From an uncultured bacterium (GTDB lineage: Bacteria > Desulfobacterota > Binatia > HRBIN30 > CADEER01), in the NCBI GenBank assembly GCA_902826395.1, contig CADEER010000012.1, positions 5,049 to 69,048 on the forward strand: a stretch of DNA of 64,000 nt, given 5' to 3'. Below the pieces are notes generated by a model, which was given only the letters and a program-made list of their open reading frames with translations, was not told the origin of the DNA and did no database searches. Shown piece by piece: positions 1 through 9,797 of this stretch (positions are counted from its first letter, which is position 1; the number at the start of each line of letters is the position of its first letter). The translations under genes and the position numbers were made by a program.

Positions 1-159
1 CGTCATCCCGAACATCGCCACCGAAATGGCCATGAACGCGAAGTGGTACCACATGGTCACGCTGAAGATCCGGGTGAGGAGGATCTGCTGCATCAAGGTC
101 GCCAGCGTGACCAAGAAGACCCCGAGATAGGTTTGGGGCCGTGGGCTGGATTCGGGCAT
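1..159 (-). CDS. N-terminus of a polytopic membrane protein (partial, runs off the window start)
   Basis: The reverse strand reads ATG (complement 157-159) MPESSPRPQTYLGVFLVTLATLMQQILLTRIFSVTMWYHFAFMAISVAMFGMT. The hydrophobic helices resemble the N-termini of membrane-anchored aminopropyltransferase-like proteins. The ORF is open to position 1. Confidence 0.4.
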   Translation of the reverse strand, partial: MPESSPRPQTYLGVFLVTLATLMQQILLTRIFSVTMWYHFAFMAISVAMFGMT

Positions 160-323
160 TCGGCGGTTCTCCAATCGAGTCGGACGCGCGGGCGGTGAGG
201 CTCGAAAAAATGCTGCGGATCGCGGCGCGAAAGCGACCTTCGTAGCACACGGATAAAATCTGATGCCAGCCGGAGGCGGTCGCCGTCCGCGCCCGCCGGC
301 CCAATCGGCTGTGGCAATTGACA

Positions 324-1808
324 ATGGATGTCGGCACCGGTTTGCTGGCCGGAATGCCCGTGCGAGTCTGGTCGCGGCTGGCCGCCGCCGTCGTGATCCT
401 GCTGTCGTGCGGCGCCTGCCAGAAAGACTCCGGCAAAGACTCCCGCGACGCGCCGTCCGGGGTCGTGTTCGTCCTCGTGGATGCCCTGCGGGCGGATCGG
501 TTGGGGTGCTACGGCAACCCGCGCCCGACGTCGCCCAACATCGACGCGCTGGTCAAGCGAGGCACCCTTTTTCAGAACGCCATTACGGCGGCGCCCTGGA
601 CGCTGCCGACGATGGCTACGATCTGGACGTCGCTGAATCCCTCGGTACACGGAGCGACGCGAATCAGCGATCTGTTCCAGCACGATATCCGTCCGGTGGC
701 CAAGCTGGACGAATCGCGCGTGACCCTGGCCGAGGTGCTGAAGGAGAACGGTTTCAAGACCGGCGCCTTCGTCGACGGCACGTACTGCCGGAAGCCTTTC
801 GGGATGGCGCAGGGCTTCGATGTCTTCCTCGACGCCGAGCTGCCCGGAATCCGGCTGAACGTCGAGTCGATGTTCGATTGGCTCGATCGCGAGAAGCCGG
901 AGCGGTTCTTCGCGTACCTGCACACCGTCGAGGTCCATTCCCCGTACTCACCCGCCAAACTGCGCCCGCCGAAAACCGAGACAAAAGATCTCGTCTGGCA
1001 ACAGATCGACAGCGTGCTCGCCGAGGAGAGAGATCGCTACGAGGAGTTCAACTTCGACCCGGGCTACGAGGGCAAGATCCACGGCTACTGGACCGTTGCG
1101 AAGAAGGAGCGGCGCGGCCTGGAGCCGCTGTCGGAGCCCGATCAGAAGCAACTCTTCGCGTTGTACGATCGCGGCATCGCCTACACGGACTATTGGATCG
1201 GCCAAGTGATCGAAGGGCTGGAAAAGCGCGGTCTGCTCGATCGAACCATCGTGGTCCTGACCGCCGACCACGGCGACGAGCTGATGGACCACGGCGGCGT
1301 CGAGCACGGCGAGACCTTCTACGACGAGATGGTGCGCGTCCCGCTCGTCATACGCGTCCCGGGCCTCGCCGAAGGGCGCTCGATCGAGCAGCAGGTGGGT
1401 CTCGTCGACTTGAAGCCATCCCTGCTGGATCTCCTGGACGTTCCCCACGATCTGCGCATGCAAGGTAGGAGTTTCGCGCCGCTGATGCGGGGTGAGGACT
1501 TTGCCGAATTGCCGGCCTTCTCGGAGGCGAGCATCGTGCCCGGCGAGGGTTCGGTTCGCACCCGCGACTGGAAGTACATCAAGATGCACGGCGGCGAGGA
1601 GCTGTACGACCTGCGCGCGGATCCGCGAGAGCTGACGAACGTTTGCCCGACACGGGCCGATGTCTGTGCGGAGATGGCCGGACAGCTTCGCGCCTGGAGA
1701 AAGCAGAACACCGAGATCGCAGAGCAGCTCGTCCTACCGGCGGCACCCAAGGCGGAAGTCGACGAGGAGACGAAGGAGCGCCTGCGCAACCTCGGCTACG
1801 AGGAGTGA
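324..1808 (+). CDS. Alkaline-phosphatase-superfamily lipoprotein of the type I phosphodiesterase / nucleotide pyrophosphatase (NPP) type; not a true sulfatase
   Basis: It has a signal peptide with a lipobox (VVILLSCGAC). VLVDALRADRLG resembles the NPP metal-binding block. PWTLPTMATIWTSLNPSVHG aligns with the NPP nucleophile block [20 protein letters not shown], with Thr as nucleophile and no C/S-x-P-x-R formylglycine motif. TADHGDELMDHGGVEHG is a distal metal site. The start could instead be TTG 318 or ATG 354. Confidence 0.8.
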   Translation: MDVGTGLLAGMPVRVWSRLAAAVVILLSCGACQKDSGKDSRDAPSGVVFVLVDALRADRLGCYGNPRPTSPNIDALVKRGTLFQNAITAAPWTLPTMATIWTSLNPSVHGATRISDLFQHDIRPVAKLDESRVTLAEVLKENGFKTGAFVDGTYCRKPFGMAQGFDVFLDAELPGIRLNVESMFDWLDREKPERFFAYLHTVEVHSPYSPAKLRPPKTETKDLVWQQIDSVLAEERDRYEEFNFDPGYEGKIHGYWTVAKKERRGLEPLSEPDQKQLFALYDRGIAYTDYWIGQVIEGLEKRGLLDRTIVVLTADHGDELMDHGGVEHGETFYDEMVRVPLVIRVPGLAEGRSIEQQVGLVDLKPSLLDLLDVPHDLRMQGRSFAPLMRGEDFAELPAFSEASIVPGEGSVRTRDWKYIKMHGGEELYDLRADPRELTNVCPTRADVCAEMAGQLRAWRKQNTEIAEQLVLPAAPKAEVDEETKERLRNLGYEE

Positions 1809-1824
1809 TGGCGGGAGCGATCGC

Positions 1825-3306
1825 TCAGCGGGCGTCAGGCGCCCGGCGCGGTGCGCCGGCGGGAACCAGCGGCGGCCTGCCGAATCTGACTTCGCTGCGC
1901 GACAGCACTTCGATCACCCCGCAGTGTGGCGAAGGCTCCTCGCTCAACGTCTTGGGATTCGGGTTGCGCAGCTCGATGCCGTGATCGGCGTAGACGGCGC
2001 TGAGCAGCCCGGAGGTGACGAACCACACCGCGAACAGGTGGCCGCGATCCCAATTCTCGGGCTCGAAGGCGTGCAGCGAGAAGCAGGTGCCGGTCGGCGG
2101 CTCCGGATACTGCTCTCGCATCAGTTCGACGATCCGGAGGTTCAACGCGCCGAGCGGCGCCGTGCCGCGCTCCCAGATGGTCTGGTAGGGGACGGCGGCG
2201 GCGAGGATCAGCACCATCGCCCACTCGATCTGCCGCGCGTGCGTCGCGCCCCAGCGCGCCCACACTGCGTCGAGATGCGCGGCGATCAGCAAGCAGAACG
2301 GCGCCTCCATCGCCATCACCATGCGGTGCTGGGCGAACCAGATTCCGAGGAAGGGCGTCATCGCGACGACCGACCAGGCCAGGGCCAACAGGGAGCGGCG
2401 TGCCAGCGTGCTCACGGTGCCGCGGCTGCCGATGGCCGCGATCCAGCCGGTGGCAACGAGAAGCGCCGCGACAACGGCGTGCAGCCAGTGCTCGTGCGCC
2501 AGCAGCCAGGTGTACGACGCGAGGTTGCGCAACATGTGCCAACCCACGCGCGGTGCGTAGTAGAAAGCGGGGGCGTCCAACAGCGGTGGCGCCAACAGCG
2601 CGAAACGGAAGTAGAGGTACGCGCCGAGCAGCAGTGCGTGCGGCCAGATGCGACGAGCCGTCTCGCGTATGCGCGCGACGGAGCCCCCCGGGGTGTGCCA
2701 CAACGCCAGGACTCCGAGGATGCCCGGCAACGTGGCCCCGAGCTCGTTGCTCAGGAGGGTGAGAACCTGCGCCGCGATCGAGGCGAGCAGCCAGCCCGGA
2801 CGGCGCGTATCCAGATGGGCGAGGAAGCACGACACCGAGACAAGATAGAAGAAGATCGCGCCGACCGGCTGCAGCGCCGATGCCCAGAACAGCTCGTGCA
2901 CGGACGGATACATCAGGACCATCAGACATCCGGCAAAGCACGCGGCGCGCACCGTAAAGCCCAAGCGCAAGGCGATCCGGAACAGGACGATGCCGCTCGC
3001 GAAGTGCACCGCAATCACGAACAGCAAGAACGGAAAGGCGTGGAAACCGTAGAGCGCGAAGAACGCCGAAAAGAACACCTCGATCGTCAGCGGCCGGTAA
3101 CTCCACCACAGCCGCGGCTCGAGCGGCGCGAAGATCTTCCACCAGTCCCGCGGCATCTGCGCCAGCTTCAAGAAGATGAAGTCGTCGCCGTAGAACCATT
3201 CTCGCGATGCCACCCAGACCATCATGGCGAAAGCCAGGGCGGCGACACTGAGCGCGGGTACGACGAAGCCGGCGGGGGATGCGCGGCGCGGTGCCTGCTC
3301 AACCAT
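1825..3306 (-). CDS. Polytopic membrane protein, putative GT-C-fold glycosyltransferase-like
   Basis: The 493-aa ORF has >10 predicted TM helices. An acidic motif (WFYGDDFIF) follows the first TM, as in the first extracytoplasmic loop of GT-C enzymes. A ~90-aa soluble C-terminus follows. It is co-oriented with the next membrane gene, 30 nt downstream of it. Confidence 0.6.
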   Translation of the reverse strand: MVEQAPRRASPAGFVVPALSVAALAFAMMVWVASREWFYGDDFIFLKLAQMPRDWWKIFAPLEPRLWWSYRPLTIEVFFSAFFALYGFHAFPFLLFVIAVHFASGIVLFRIALRLGFTVRAACFAGCLMVLMYPSVHELFWASALQPVGAIFFYLVSVSCFLAHLDTRRPGWLLASIAAQVLTLLSNELGATLPGILGVLALWHTPGGSVARIRETARRIWPHALLLGAYLYFRFALLAPPLLDAPAFYYAPRVGWHMLRNLASYTWLLAHEHWLHAVVAALLVATGWIAAIGSRGTVSTLARRSLLALAWSVVAMTPFLGIWFAQHRMVMAMEAPFCLLIAAHLDAVWARWGATHARQIEWAMVLILAAAVPYQTIWERGTAPLGALNLRIVELMREQYPEPPTGTCFSLHAFEPENWDRGHLFAVWFVTSGLLSAVYADHGIELRNPNPKTLSEEPSPHCGVIEVLSRSEVRFGRPPLVPAGAPRRAPDAR

Positions 3307-3336
3307 CCGCTGCCTCGGGCGCGTGCAATCGACAGC

Positions 3337-4845
3337 TCACAACCACGGCGCGAGCTCGCGAACGAAGCCCTCGTAGAAGCTGCCGTCGGGTGATGCGTGC
3401 AGGGCATCGATGGCGAACGGTCCCGCCTGGCGGTGCACGGTCGCGCCGACGATCACCCAGGGAATTGCGACGAACAGCGCCGTGGCGCCGATGAGCAGCG
3501 CGCAGAGGTGCTGCAGCGCCCACGAGCTGCGCGTCGTGGCGAGCAGATGCGCGGCGAGCGCGGCGAGACACACGGCGGTGACCGTGAACAGGTCCCATTC
3601 GTAGGGTCCGAAGACCGGCCGCACGATGCTCGCGTAGACGAGCATCGCGACGCTCGCCGTGGTCAAGAACGCCGCCTCCGGCGTCGACCATAAACGCCGC
3701 GGCGAGAAGATCGCATACGCGAGCACCACCGGCACAACCGCGGGCGCGAGCAGGAAGAACGAGTTGGCGAGGTACTTGAGGTGGAGGCGCGAGTAGAGCG
3801 CATACTTGCTGCCGCTTTCGGGCTCCCACGGCGGCCGGATCCAAACCGTCTCGTAGTGTTCGCGGCCGCCGCCGACCTCCGACCAGTTGATCAGCTTCGT
3901 CCACGCCAGCATCACATCGCGGCCCTCGCCGATCACCACCAGCAGCACCAGGAATCCCACCAGCGGGACGGCCGTCAGCGACAAGCCCCATGTCCACTGG
4001 ATGATCCGATCGCGCAGCGGCCGCGGTGGCTCTGTCAGAAGGGGAAGCAGCAACAGGCTCGGGATCAGGAAGAGAAAACACAGGTGGATCCACAGGCCGA
4101 AACCGAGTGCGAGACAGGGGACCGTCCAGCCGCAGCGGCCGTTCAGATAGGCGAGCGCGGCCCAGAAGTACGCGGCGAGGCCGATCAACACCACCGAGTA
4201 GACCTCGACGTGGCCGGCGTAGATGCGGGTGACGCCGCCGACGATCATCAGTGCGGTTGCAAACGCCGCCCACCCGGCCCTCGGTGCGAGATAATTGCCG
4301 ACGCGTACGAAGCACCACAGTGCCGGCCATACGGCGAGGCACACGAGCACCTGCACTCCCGCGATCCCTCCCCAACCGCGCGCCTGACCGAACTCGAAGA
4401 ACCATTTCAGCAGGTATGTGGCGCCGACGTCGGGAAAATAGAACTGGGTGTCCCTGGCCGCCAGCGCGAAGAGCAGGATCTTCGAGTCGCCGAGAAAATG
4501 GCGCTCGCGCACCGCCAACAAGAGCAACGGCAGCGCCAGGATCAGCGCCCACACAAACGGAGCTGCCGCCGGTGTGCGGCCGATGGCGTGCAGGCGCGCC
4601 AGAGCGCGCAGGAAGTAGGTGCGGGGAAGAGGTACGCAGAGAGCGAGCACCAGGAACGCCAGCGCGTACGAGACGAACGGCGGCAGGTACTGCCACAGGG
4701 TGAACCCCCAAGCGTGACGAAACGAGGCGACCCAGCCCAGCTCGACCGCGACCAGGGCGATGCAAACCGCCGTCGCCGCGTACAACGCGATGCGGTGCGA
4801 AAGCGATTCCCCGTCGTCCGCCCGGGCTGGCGGGCTGCTGGTCAT
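3337..4845 (-). CDS. Polytopic membrane protein of unknown function (glycan polymerase/ligase- or GT-C-like)
   Basis: The 502-aa ORF is hydrophobic throughout with ~12 TM segments. Codon usage matches the neighbours. It lies antisense to the spurious 5' part of the long + ORF 3781-6801. Confidence 0.6.
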   Translation of the reverse strand: MTSSPPARADDGESLSHRIALYAATAVCIALVAVELGWVASFRHAWGFTLWQYLPPFVSYALAFLVLALCVPLPRTYFLRALARLHAIGRTPAAAPFVWALILALPLLLLAVRERHFLGDSKILLFALAARDTQFYFPDVGATYLLKWFFEFGQARGWGGIAGVQVLVCLAVWPALWCFVRVGNYLAPRAGWAAFATALMIVGGVTRIYAGHVEVYSVVLIGLAAYFWAALAYLNGRCGWTVPCLALGFGLWIHLCFLFLIPSLLLLPLLTEPPRPLRDRIIQWTWGLSLTAVPLVGFLVLLVVIGEGRDVMLAWTKLINWSEVGGGREHYETVWIRPPWEPESGSKYALYSRLHLKYLANSFFLLAPAVVPVVLAYAIFSPRRLWSTPEAAFLTTASVAMLVYASIVRPVFGPYEWDLFTVTAVCLAALAAHLLATTRSSWALQHLCALLIGATALFVAIPWVIVGATVHRQAGPFAIDALHASPDGSFYEGFVRELAPWL

Positions 4846-5091
4846 GCCGTGGCGTGCACCCGTATTTGCAACCGGCCGTCTATGCGATGCGCACGCGATG
4901 ACGGTTGGCGCTCAGCCCTTCGGAGATCTAGCACTCGCCACTTCAAGCCCAGAAGGAAGAGCAATTCAACTGAGCAATCGCCTCGGGGCGTTTACCTTGA
5001 CACCTCAAATCGGCGGTGGAAGCGTCGTCGAAGTCTTCGAGCTGATGGAGGGGGTACGGGCGAAAGTTCCTCCTCCGTCGGAGGTAACCAC

Positions 5092-6801
5092 TTGATACGC
5101 CATCTGGGGCCGTGGGCCAGCCGTGCAGCGCTCATCTGTGTCGGCATCGTCGCCGCCCTGGCAATGCTCGAGGGCCTGTTGCGTCTGGGTGGTGTGCTCT
5201 ACGAGTTGCGACCGGGCGCCCGCAGCGGCGTACAACTGGCGAACAGCGACAGCTATCGGGTGCTCTGCCTGGGTGAATCAACCACAGCGGGACTGGCGTG
5301 GGGCGACCGCGCCTACCCGAACCAGCTCGAACGCATCCTGAACGAACGCGCCGGTGGCCGCGCGAAGTTCGCCGTGATCAACGGCGGCAAAGTGGCTACC
5401 ACTACCGATGTGATCGTCGCGCGCCTGCCTGCCATGCTGGACGAGATCGACCCGGATGTCGTCGTCACGATGATGGGCGTCAACGACGGAAAGGCGGTAG
5501 ACCCGTCGTTTCAGGTTGGCGGCGCGTTGCGTGTCTGGAAACTGATGCGGATGCTCTACAACCAGTATCGTCCACCGACCGAGGCGGCGGACGATGTGGA
5601 CGATCTACTCATGCGTGCCCGGGCGACGATGAAGTATTGGCCCGACGTCGCGATCGGATTGGCCGAGCGGATCATTCAGCTAGAGCCCGCCGACGTGCGC
5701 GGCTATCTGGTTCTGGCTGAAGCGCGATTCGCACAAAAGAAGGCCGGGCTGGCGGCCGAAGCGTACCTGAAGGCGCTCGAGCTCGATGGACCTGCAGTCC
5801 TGGCGTATGCGTTCACCGCCGACGAAAAGCTCAGCGACTTCCTCGACGGTGTCTTTGCCCGAGCGGAGACCAGCAGCTACGCGCTGGCAGCGCGCTCGGT
5901 GCTCGGGTTGCGCCGACTCAAACTGGCTGACGCGGATCATTATGCGCGCCGGGCGATCGAGATCGATCCGCACAACGCGATCGCGTTGGTCGTTCACGGG
6001 CGCGTGCTGCAACTGCGCGGTGCCGACATGGAGGCGCGTGTCGCGTTCTACGCTGCTGCCGAAGTGAATCCACGCGTCGTGGAGTTGCTCGAGGGACGCG
6101 GGCTGTTCCGGTCCGCCGCCCTCACTGAGATTGTGAGCGGTGAGGACTTTGTCGATCTCCTGGCGAAGGCGGGACCGGTCACCTCCGACGAACGCTGGTT
6201 GCGCGCCGCCGACGAGGAAGTCCGGGAGCGGTTCCGCGGTCTGCAGTTGGTGAAAAGCTGGGAGCAGATCGCGAATGGAGAGAACAGGGAGGCGGAGGAA
6301 TATCTGCGCCAGTTGGCCGATCCCGAAGCGCAGGTCGAACCGAGTGAACGCCTGCGCGCCTACGGGCAGTTGGCGATCCTGGCCTGGCAGCGCGGTGACG
6401 CCGCGGAAGCCGAGCGCTATCACGATCTGGTCGAAGAGGCGCTCGCCGACGGGGTCAACCCGAACACCCGGAAGAACTACCAGGCCCTGGCGAAGATTCT
6501 CGAAGAACGCGGGATCCCACTGGTCGCCGTGCAGTACCCGATGCGACGGTTGGACCCGCTGCGTGAGATGCTCGCGCCGGCGTCTGATGTCGTGTTCGTC
6601 AGCAACGAGCGAATCTTCAAGGATGCGCTTTTGGGCAGGCCGTATTCCGAAATCTTTGCCGATCTGTTCGCTGGTGACTTCGGACACACGAACATCGAGG
6701 GCAACAACATTCTCGCCGGCAATGTCGCCGAGGCGATCTTGAAGTTGGCACCGCAATCCGCGACCGAAGCGGGGGACGTCGCCGCGGCCGGCGAGGGTTG
6801 A
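5092..6801 (+). CDS. Membrane-anchored SGNH/GDSL-family hydrolase split by a TPR-repeat insertion
   Basis: A TTG start at 5092 follows a GGAGG RBS at 5080-5084. The product has an N-terminal TM helix. SGNH block I (VLCLGESTTAG) and block III (VVTMMGVNDG) are followed by ~300 aa of TPR-like helical repeats, then block V (DFGHTN, a DxxH motif) near the C-terminus. The upstream 1.3 kb of ORF 3781-6801 is spurious antisense of the 3337-4845 gene. Confidence 0.7.
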   Translation: MIRHLGPWASRAALICVGIVAALAMLEGLLRLGGVLYELRPGARSGVQLANSDSYRVLCLGESTTAGLAWGDRAYPNQLERILNERAGGRAKFAVINGGKVATTTDVIVARLPAMLDEIDPDVVVTMMGVNDGKAVDPSFQVGGALRVWKLMRMLYNQYRPPTEAADDVDDLLMRARATMKYWPDVAIGLAERIIQLEPADVRGYLVLAEARFAQKKAGLAAEAYLKALELDGPAVLAYAFTADEKLSDFLDGVFARAETSSYALAARSVLGLRRLKLADADHYARRAIEIDPHNAIALVVHGRVLQLRGADMEARVAFYAAAEVNPRVVELLEGRGLFRSAALTEIVSGEDFVDLLAKAGPVTSDERWLRAADEEVRERFRGLQLVKSWEQIANGENREAEEYLRQLADPEAQVEPSERLRAYGQLAILAWQRGDAAEAERYHDLVEEALADGVNPNTRKNYQALAKILEERGIPLVAVQYPMRRLDPLREMLAPASDVVFVSNERIFKDALLGRPYSEIFADLFAGDFGHTNIEGNNILAGNVAEAILKLAPQSATEAGDVAAAGEG

Positions 6802-8606
6802 GACGGCGCGCGAGCGCTCCTTCAGCGACGATGAGGTTGTCTGTCGCCCCCGATGTACCGCGTGCAGGGGGCCATCTCCCGGTGCAACACCGGCGGTGGT
6901 GGCTGCTCGCAATCCTCGCCATCGCTCTGCTGCTGCGGGTGTTTCGCGTCACGTGGGGATTGCCGGACTTCATTCCGCCGGACGGCCTCAACTACTATAT
7001 TCGCCCCGCTGCCCGTCTGGTGGCGTTGGGGGAGTTGGTTCCGCCGTCGTTCGTCCACTCCCCTCTGTTCGTCTACACGATCGGCCTGGTCGACTTCGCG
7101 TATACGGCGCTGACGGGAGAATCGATCGATCTGAGCCCGCGCCCGCTGCGGCCGGGGCTCGGCGGAATCCTGCCGCCCAATGACGTCGGCTTGCTTGGCT
7201 CGCTCGAGTTTCCGCCGCAACTCACCAATCTGATCCTCGCGGCGCGCGCCTTTTGTGTCGTCGTCGCCACGTTGTCCGTCGGCGTGCTGTATCTGCTGAC
7301 GCGCCGTCTCGCCGGCGACAGGGCGGCGTTGCTCGCCAGCGCTGCGTTCGCGCTGAGTCCTTTGCACGTTCTGGAGTCGCACCGGGTGAACGCGGACGGT
7401 CTGATGATTCTATTGGCGCTGTCGACCGCTCATCTCAGCGTGCTGTCACTGCAACGGCGCGATCGCCGCGGAATCGTCGCGGCCTTCGCACTCGCCGGTG
7501 TTACCGCCGCGATCCGGTACAACGGCCTGGCGATCGTGACGCTGCCGACATGGGTAGTGCTCCGCTGGCCGGGAGCCGCAGCGGCGCAGCGCCTTCGGTT
7601 GTTGATCGCTGGTGGTGCCGCTGTGTCGGTGGTCCTGGTGATCGGGCTCCTGCCGGCGCTGTTCGACTGGGAGCGATTCAAGAGCGTCGTCGTCGCGCTG
7701 TTCTCGGCGGGTTTCGTCGCCAGTGGCAACTTCGATCTCTCGGGCGATGGGTGGGTCTACAACCGCTACGTCTATCAACTGGTCGCGACCCTGCCGTACT
7801 CGCTCGGCTGGGCGGTCTACATCAGCTCGCTGCTCGGCTTGGCTTTGCTGGCGCGGTTCAACCGCCCCGTCTTCGGCATCGTCCTCGCGGCGATCGTGCC
7901 GTTCTTCCTCGTGCAGGGCGCCAGCCTCACCGTGGAGCACCGCTACTACCAACTGATGTTGCCGTTCCTGGCGCTGACCGCCGGTGTCGCGTTGGACGAG
8001 GCCGCCGCCCGGTGGAGAAGCGGCCGCTGGGTCGTGTGTGCAGTGCTCGTGTACACGGCGGCGCTGACGGGCAGCCATTGCCTGCGTCTGGGCTTGGCTC
8101 CACAACGGGCGATTGCCGAGCTGGTTCACTTGCGCGCCAGCGACGCGGACGCGGATGGCGCTCTCGCCATCGCCTATCCCGGGCCGGTCGACCTCCTCTT
8201 CGATCCTTTGCGGACGCAGATTCGCAGGGGCGTCGCGAGCGTGCATCACATTCCGCACCTTGCCGGAGACAGCCTCGAAGCGATGCCGGAGCCGATGTCG
8301 GAAGAGGAGTTGACGCAGCGGCTGCGCGAGTGGCTGGCCAGCAAGCGAATCGAGTTGATCGTTCTACCCGACTGGCAGGAAGACATCGCTGCCCGATCCA
8401 GCGGGAGGCCCGTCAATGCGCGCAAGGTGTACGCGCTGCTGGCGAATGGCGCTCTCGGTTATCGCCAGGTGGCGGAGCATCGGACCGGTTTCCTGACCGA
8501 GGCGTTGTACACCTGGCCGGATCCGTTGCTGGAGACGCATCGAGCCTTGGGAATCCTCGGCTACAAGCTCTTCGTCCGAACCGAGACGACTCAGGGCGCC
8601 GGCTGA
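6798..8606 (+). CDS. Polytopic membrane protein, GT39/GT-C-like
   Basis: The 602-aa ORF has >10 TM helices and a ~170-aa soluble C-terminal domain. The start (TTG 6798) overlaps the upstream stop (TGA 6799-6801); ATG 6831 is an alternative start. Confidence 0.6.
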   Translation: MRRRASAPSATMRLSVAPDVPRAGGHLPVQHRRWWLLAILAIALLLRVFRVTWGLPDFIPPDGLNYYIRPAARLVALGELVPPSFVHSPLFVYTIGLVDFAYTALTGESIDLSPRPLRPGLGGILPPNDVGLLGSLEFPPQLTNLILAARAFCVVVATLSVGVLYLLTRRLAGDRAALLASAAFALSPLHVLESHRVNADGLMILLALSTAHLSVLSLQRRDRRGIVAAFALAGVTAAIRYNGLAIVTLPTWVVLRWPGAAAAQRLRLLIAGGAAVSVVLVIGLLPALFDWERFKSVVVALFSAGFVASGNFDLSGDGWVYNRYVYQLVATLPYSLGWAVYISSLLGLALLARFNRPVFGIVLAAIVPFFLVQGASLTVEHRYYQLMLPFLALTAGVALDEAAARWRSGRWVVCAVLVYTAALTGSHCLRLGLAPQRAIAELVHLRASDADADGALAIAYPGPVDLLFDPLRTQIRRGVASVHHIPHLAGDSLEAMPEPMSEEELTQRLREWLASKRIELIVLPDWQEDIAARSSGRPVNARKVYALLANGALGYRQVAEHRTGFLTEALYTWPDPLLETHRALGILGYKLFVRTETTQGAG

Positions 8607-9733
8607 ACCGTCGAGTCGCCGTCGATCGAGCGCGCCAGCGCTGCGGCGGTGACTCGCGCCGCCAGCTCGAGCCCGGTCGCGTTGGGGTGCTGCATGTCGA
8701 GAAAGAGCGGGCGTTGCTCGGCGCGCTGAAACGCCGGCAGCAGATCGAGACACTCGAGCTTCAGCTCGTCGCACAGCCCCTGCCAGGCGCGCTGCGGCGC
8801 GAGATCCTGAGGTGCCGCGAGGATGTCCGTGCCGACCGCTTCGCTGACCTGGAACTTTTCCGGGAACAACACCACCAGCAGCTCGATGTCGTTGGCGGTG
8901 GTCAGGTCGCGGATCTCGGTGAGCGCCTGGCGGACGCTCGTCCAGCCGGGCCCGCGCGGGTTGGCGTAGAAACGCCGGTGCCGATCGGCGACCGCGGCGT
9001 CGATCCGAGCCCACACGTCCGCCGCTACCTCGTCGCCTTTCGCTGCCGCCATCTTCTGAAACGCGTGCTCGCCGCGGGCGTAGGTGATCAGCCATTCGAG
9101 CAGCACGAAGAATTCGGATCGATCGCGCAGCCAACCCGACAAGGTCGATTCGCCAGCGGTCTTGCTCAGCACTCCGGTTTTCGTGAGCACCGGCGTCCGC
9201 CCGAAGTCATTGAAGCTGACGGCGAGCACGACGACGGTCGGGCTCAACTCCAGTCCGCGGTGACGCAACAGAGCCGCGGCTGCGGCGGTGTTGTAGCCGG
9301 AGACACCGGCGTTGATGACTTCGTACGCGAGTGCATGCTGCTCGCGCAGGGCTCGCTGCAGAGCGACCGGATACGTTTCGGCCTCCACCAGCCCTTCGCC
9401 AAAGGCGACCGAGTCCCCGAGCACCAGTGCGCGACGCATGCCGGCGCTCGGTCTCGTTTCGATCTCCGCGCCGCGAAAGCCGAGGCGGTTGACGCGTACT
9501 TCGTACTCCCCGGCTGGCGATTCGCGGACGATCGAGACGCCGGGGCGCAAGGTGTAGGCGAGGCCCGCGGCGCCGGTTGGGGCGTACAATTGTCGCGGAA
9601 ATGCGTTCATCCGATCGATGAACGAAAGCTGACGGGCGACGATCTCGCCCAGGGCGAAGAAGAGCGCGAGCGATACAGTCACCCCGAGCAACCAGGATGA
9701 GATCCGCCGCGCGCTCGATGGGCTTGACGTCAC
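8591..9733 (-). CDS. Membrane-anchored SGNH/GDSL hydrolase (esterase/acyl-transferase-like)
   Basis: It has an N-terminal TM helix. GDSL block I (LVLGDSVAFGEG), block III (GVSGYN) and catalytic DxxH (DMQHPN) are all present. Confidence 0.8.
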   Translation of the reverse strand: MTSSPSSARRISSWLLGVTVSLALFFALGEIVARQLSFIDRMNAFPRQLYAPTGAAGLAYTLRPGVSIVRESPAGEYEVRVNRLGFRGAEIETRPSAGMRRALVLGDSVAFGEGLVEAETYPVALQRALREQHALAYEVINAGVSGYNTAAAAALLRHRGLELSPTVVVLAVSFNDFGRTPVLTKTGVLSKTAGESTLSGWLRDRSEFFVLLEWLITYARGEHAFQKMAAAKGDEVAADVWARIDAAVADRHRRFYANPRGPGWTSVRQALTEIRDLTTANDIELLVVLFPEKFQVSEAVGTDILAAPQDLAPQRAWQGLCDELKLECLDLLPAFQRAEQRPLFLDMQHPNATGLELAARVTAAALARSIDGDSTVQPAP

Positions 9734-9797
9734 GAGTGTACCGATGGGTGCCGTATCGACCGTATCCGCGCTTCATGGCCGACAACGAACCGCGCCA

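Noticed and set aside
318-1808. Annotating the first gene as an arylsulfatase linked to sulfoquinovose metabolism
   Set aside because: It has no C/S-x-P-x-R formylglycine motif and its nucleophile block matches NPP-type phosphodiesterases. Sulfoquinovose carries a C-S sulfonate, not a sulfate ester.
3781-5091. 5' 1.3 kb of the 1006-aa + ORF 3781-6801 (Arg/Gln/Pro-rich translation)
   Set aside because: It is antisense to the well-supported membrane gene 3337-4845 and has a low-complexity high-GC composition. The real gene begins at TTG 5092 after a GGAGG RBS.
7253-9700. 815-aa + ORF 7253-9700
   Set aside because: It runs through the 6798-8606 membrane gene in another frame and antisense through the SGNH gene 8591-9733. 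The translation is Arg/Gly-rich with no domain signature, which is typical of spurious high-GC ORFs.
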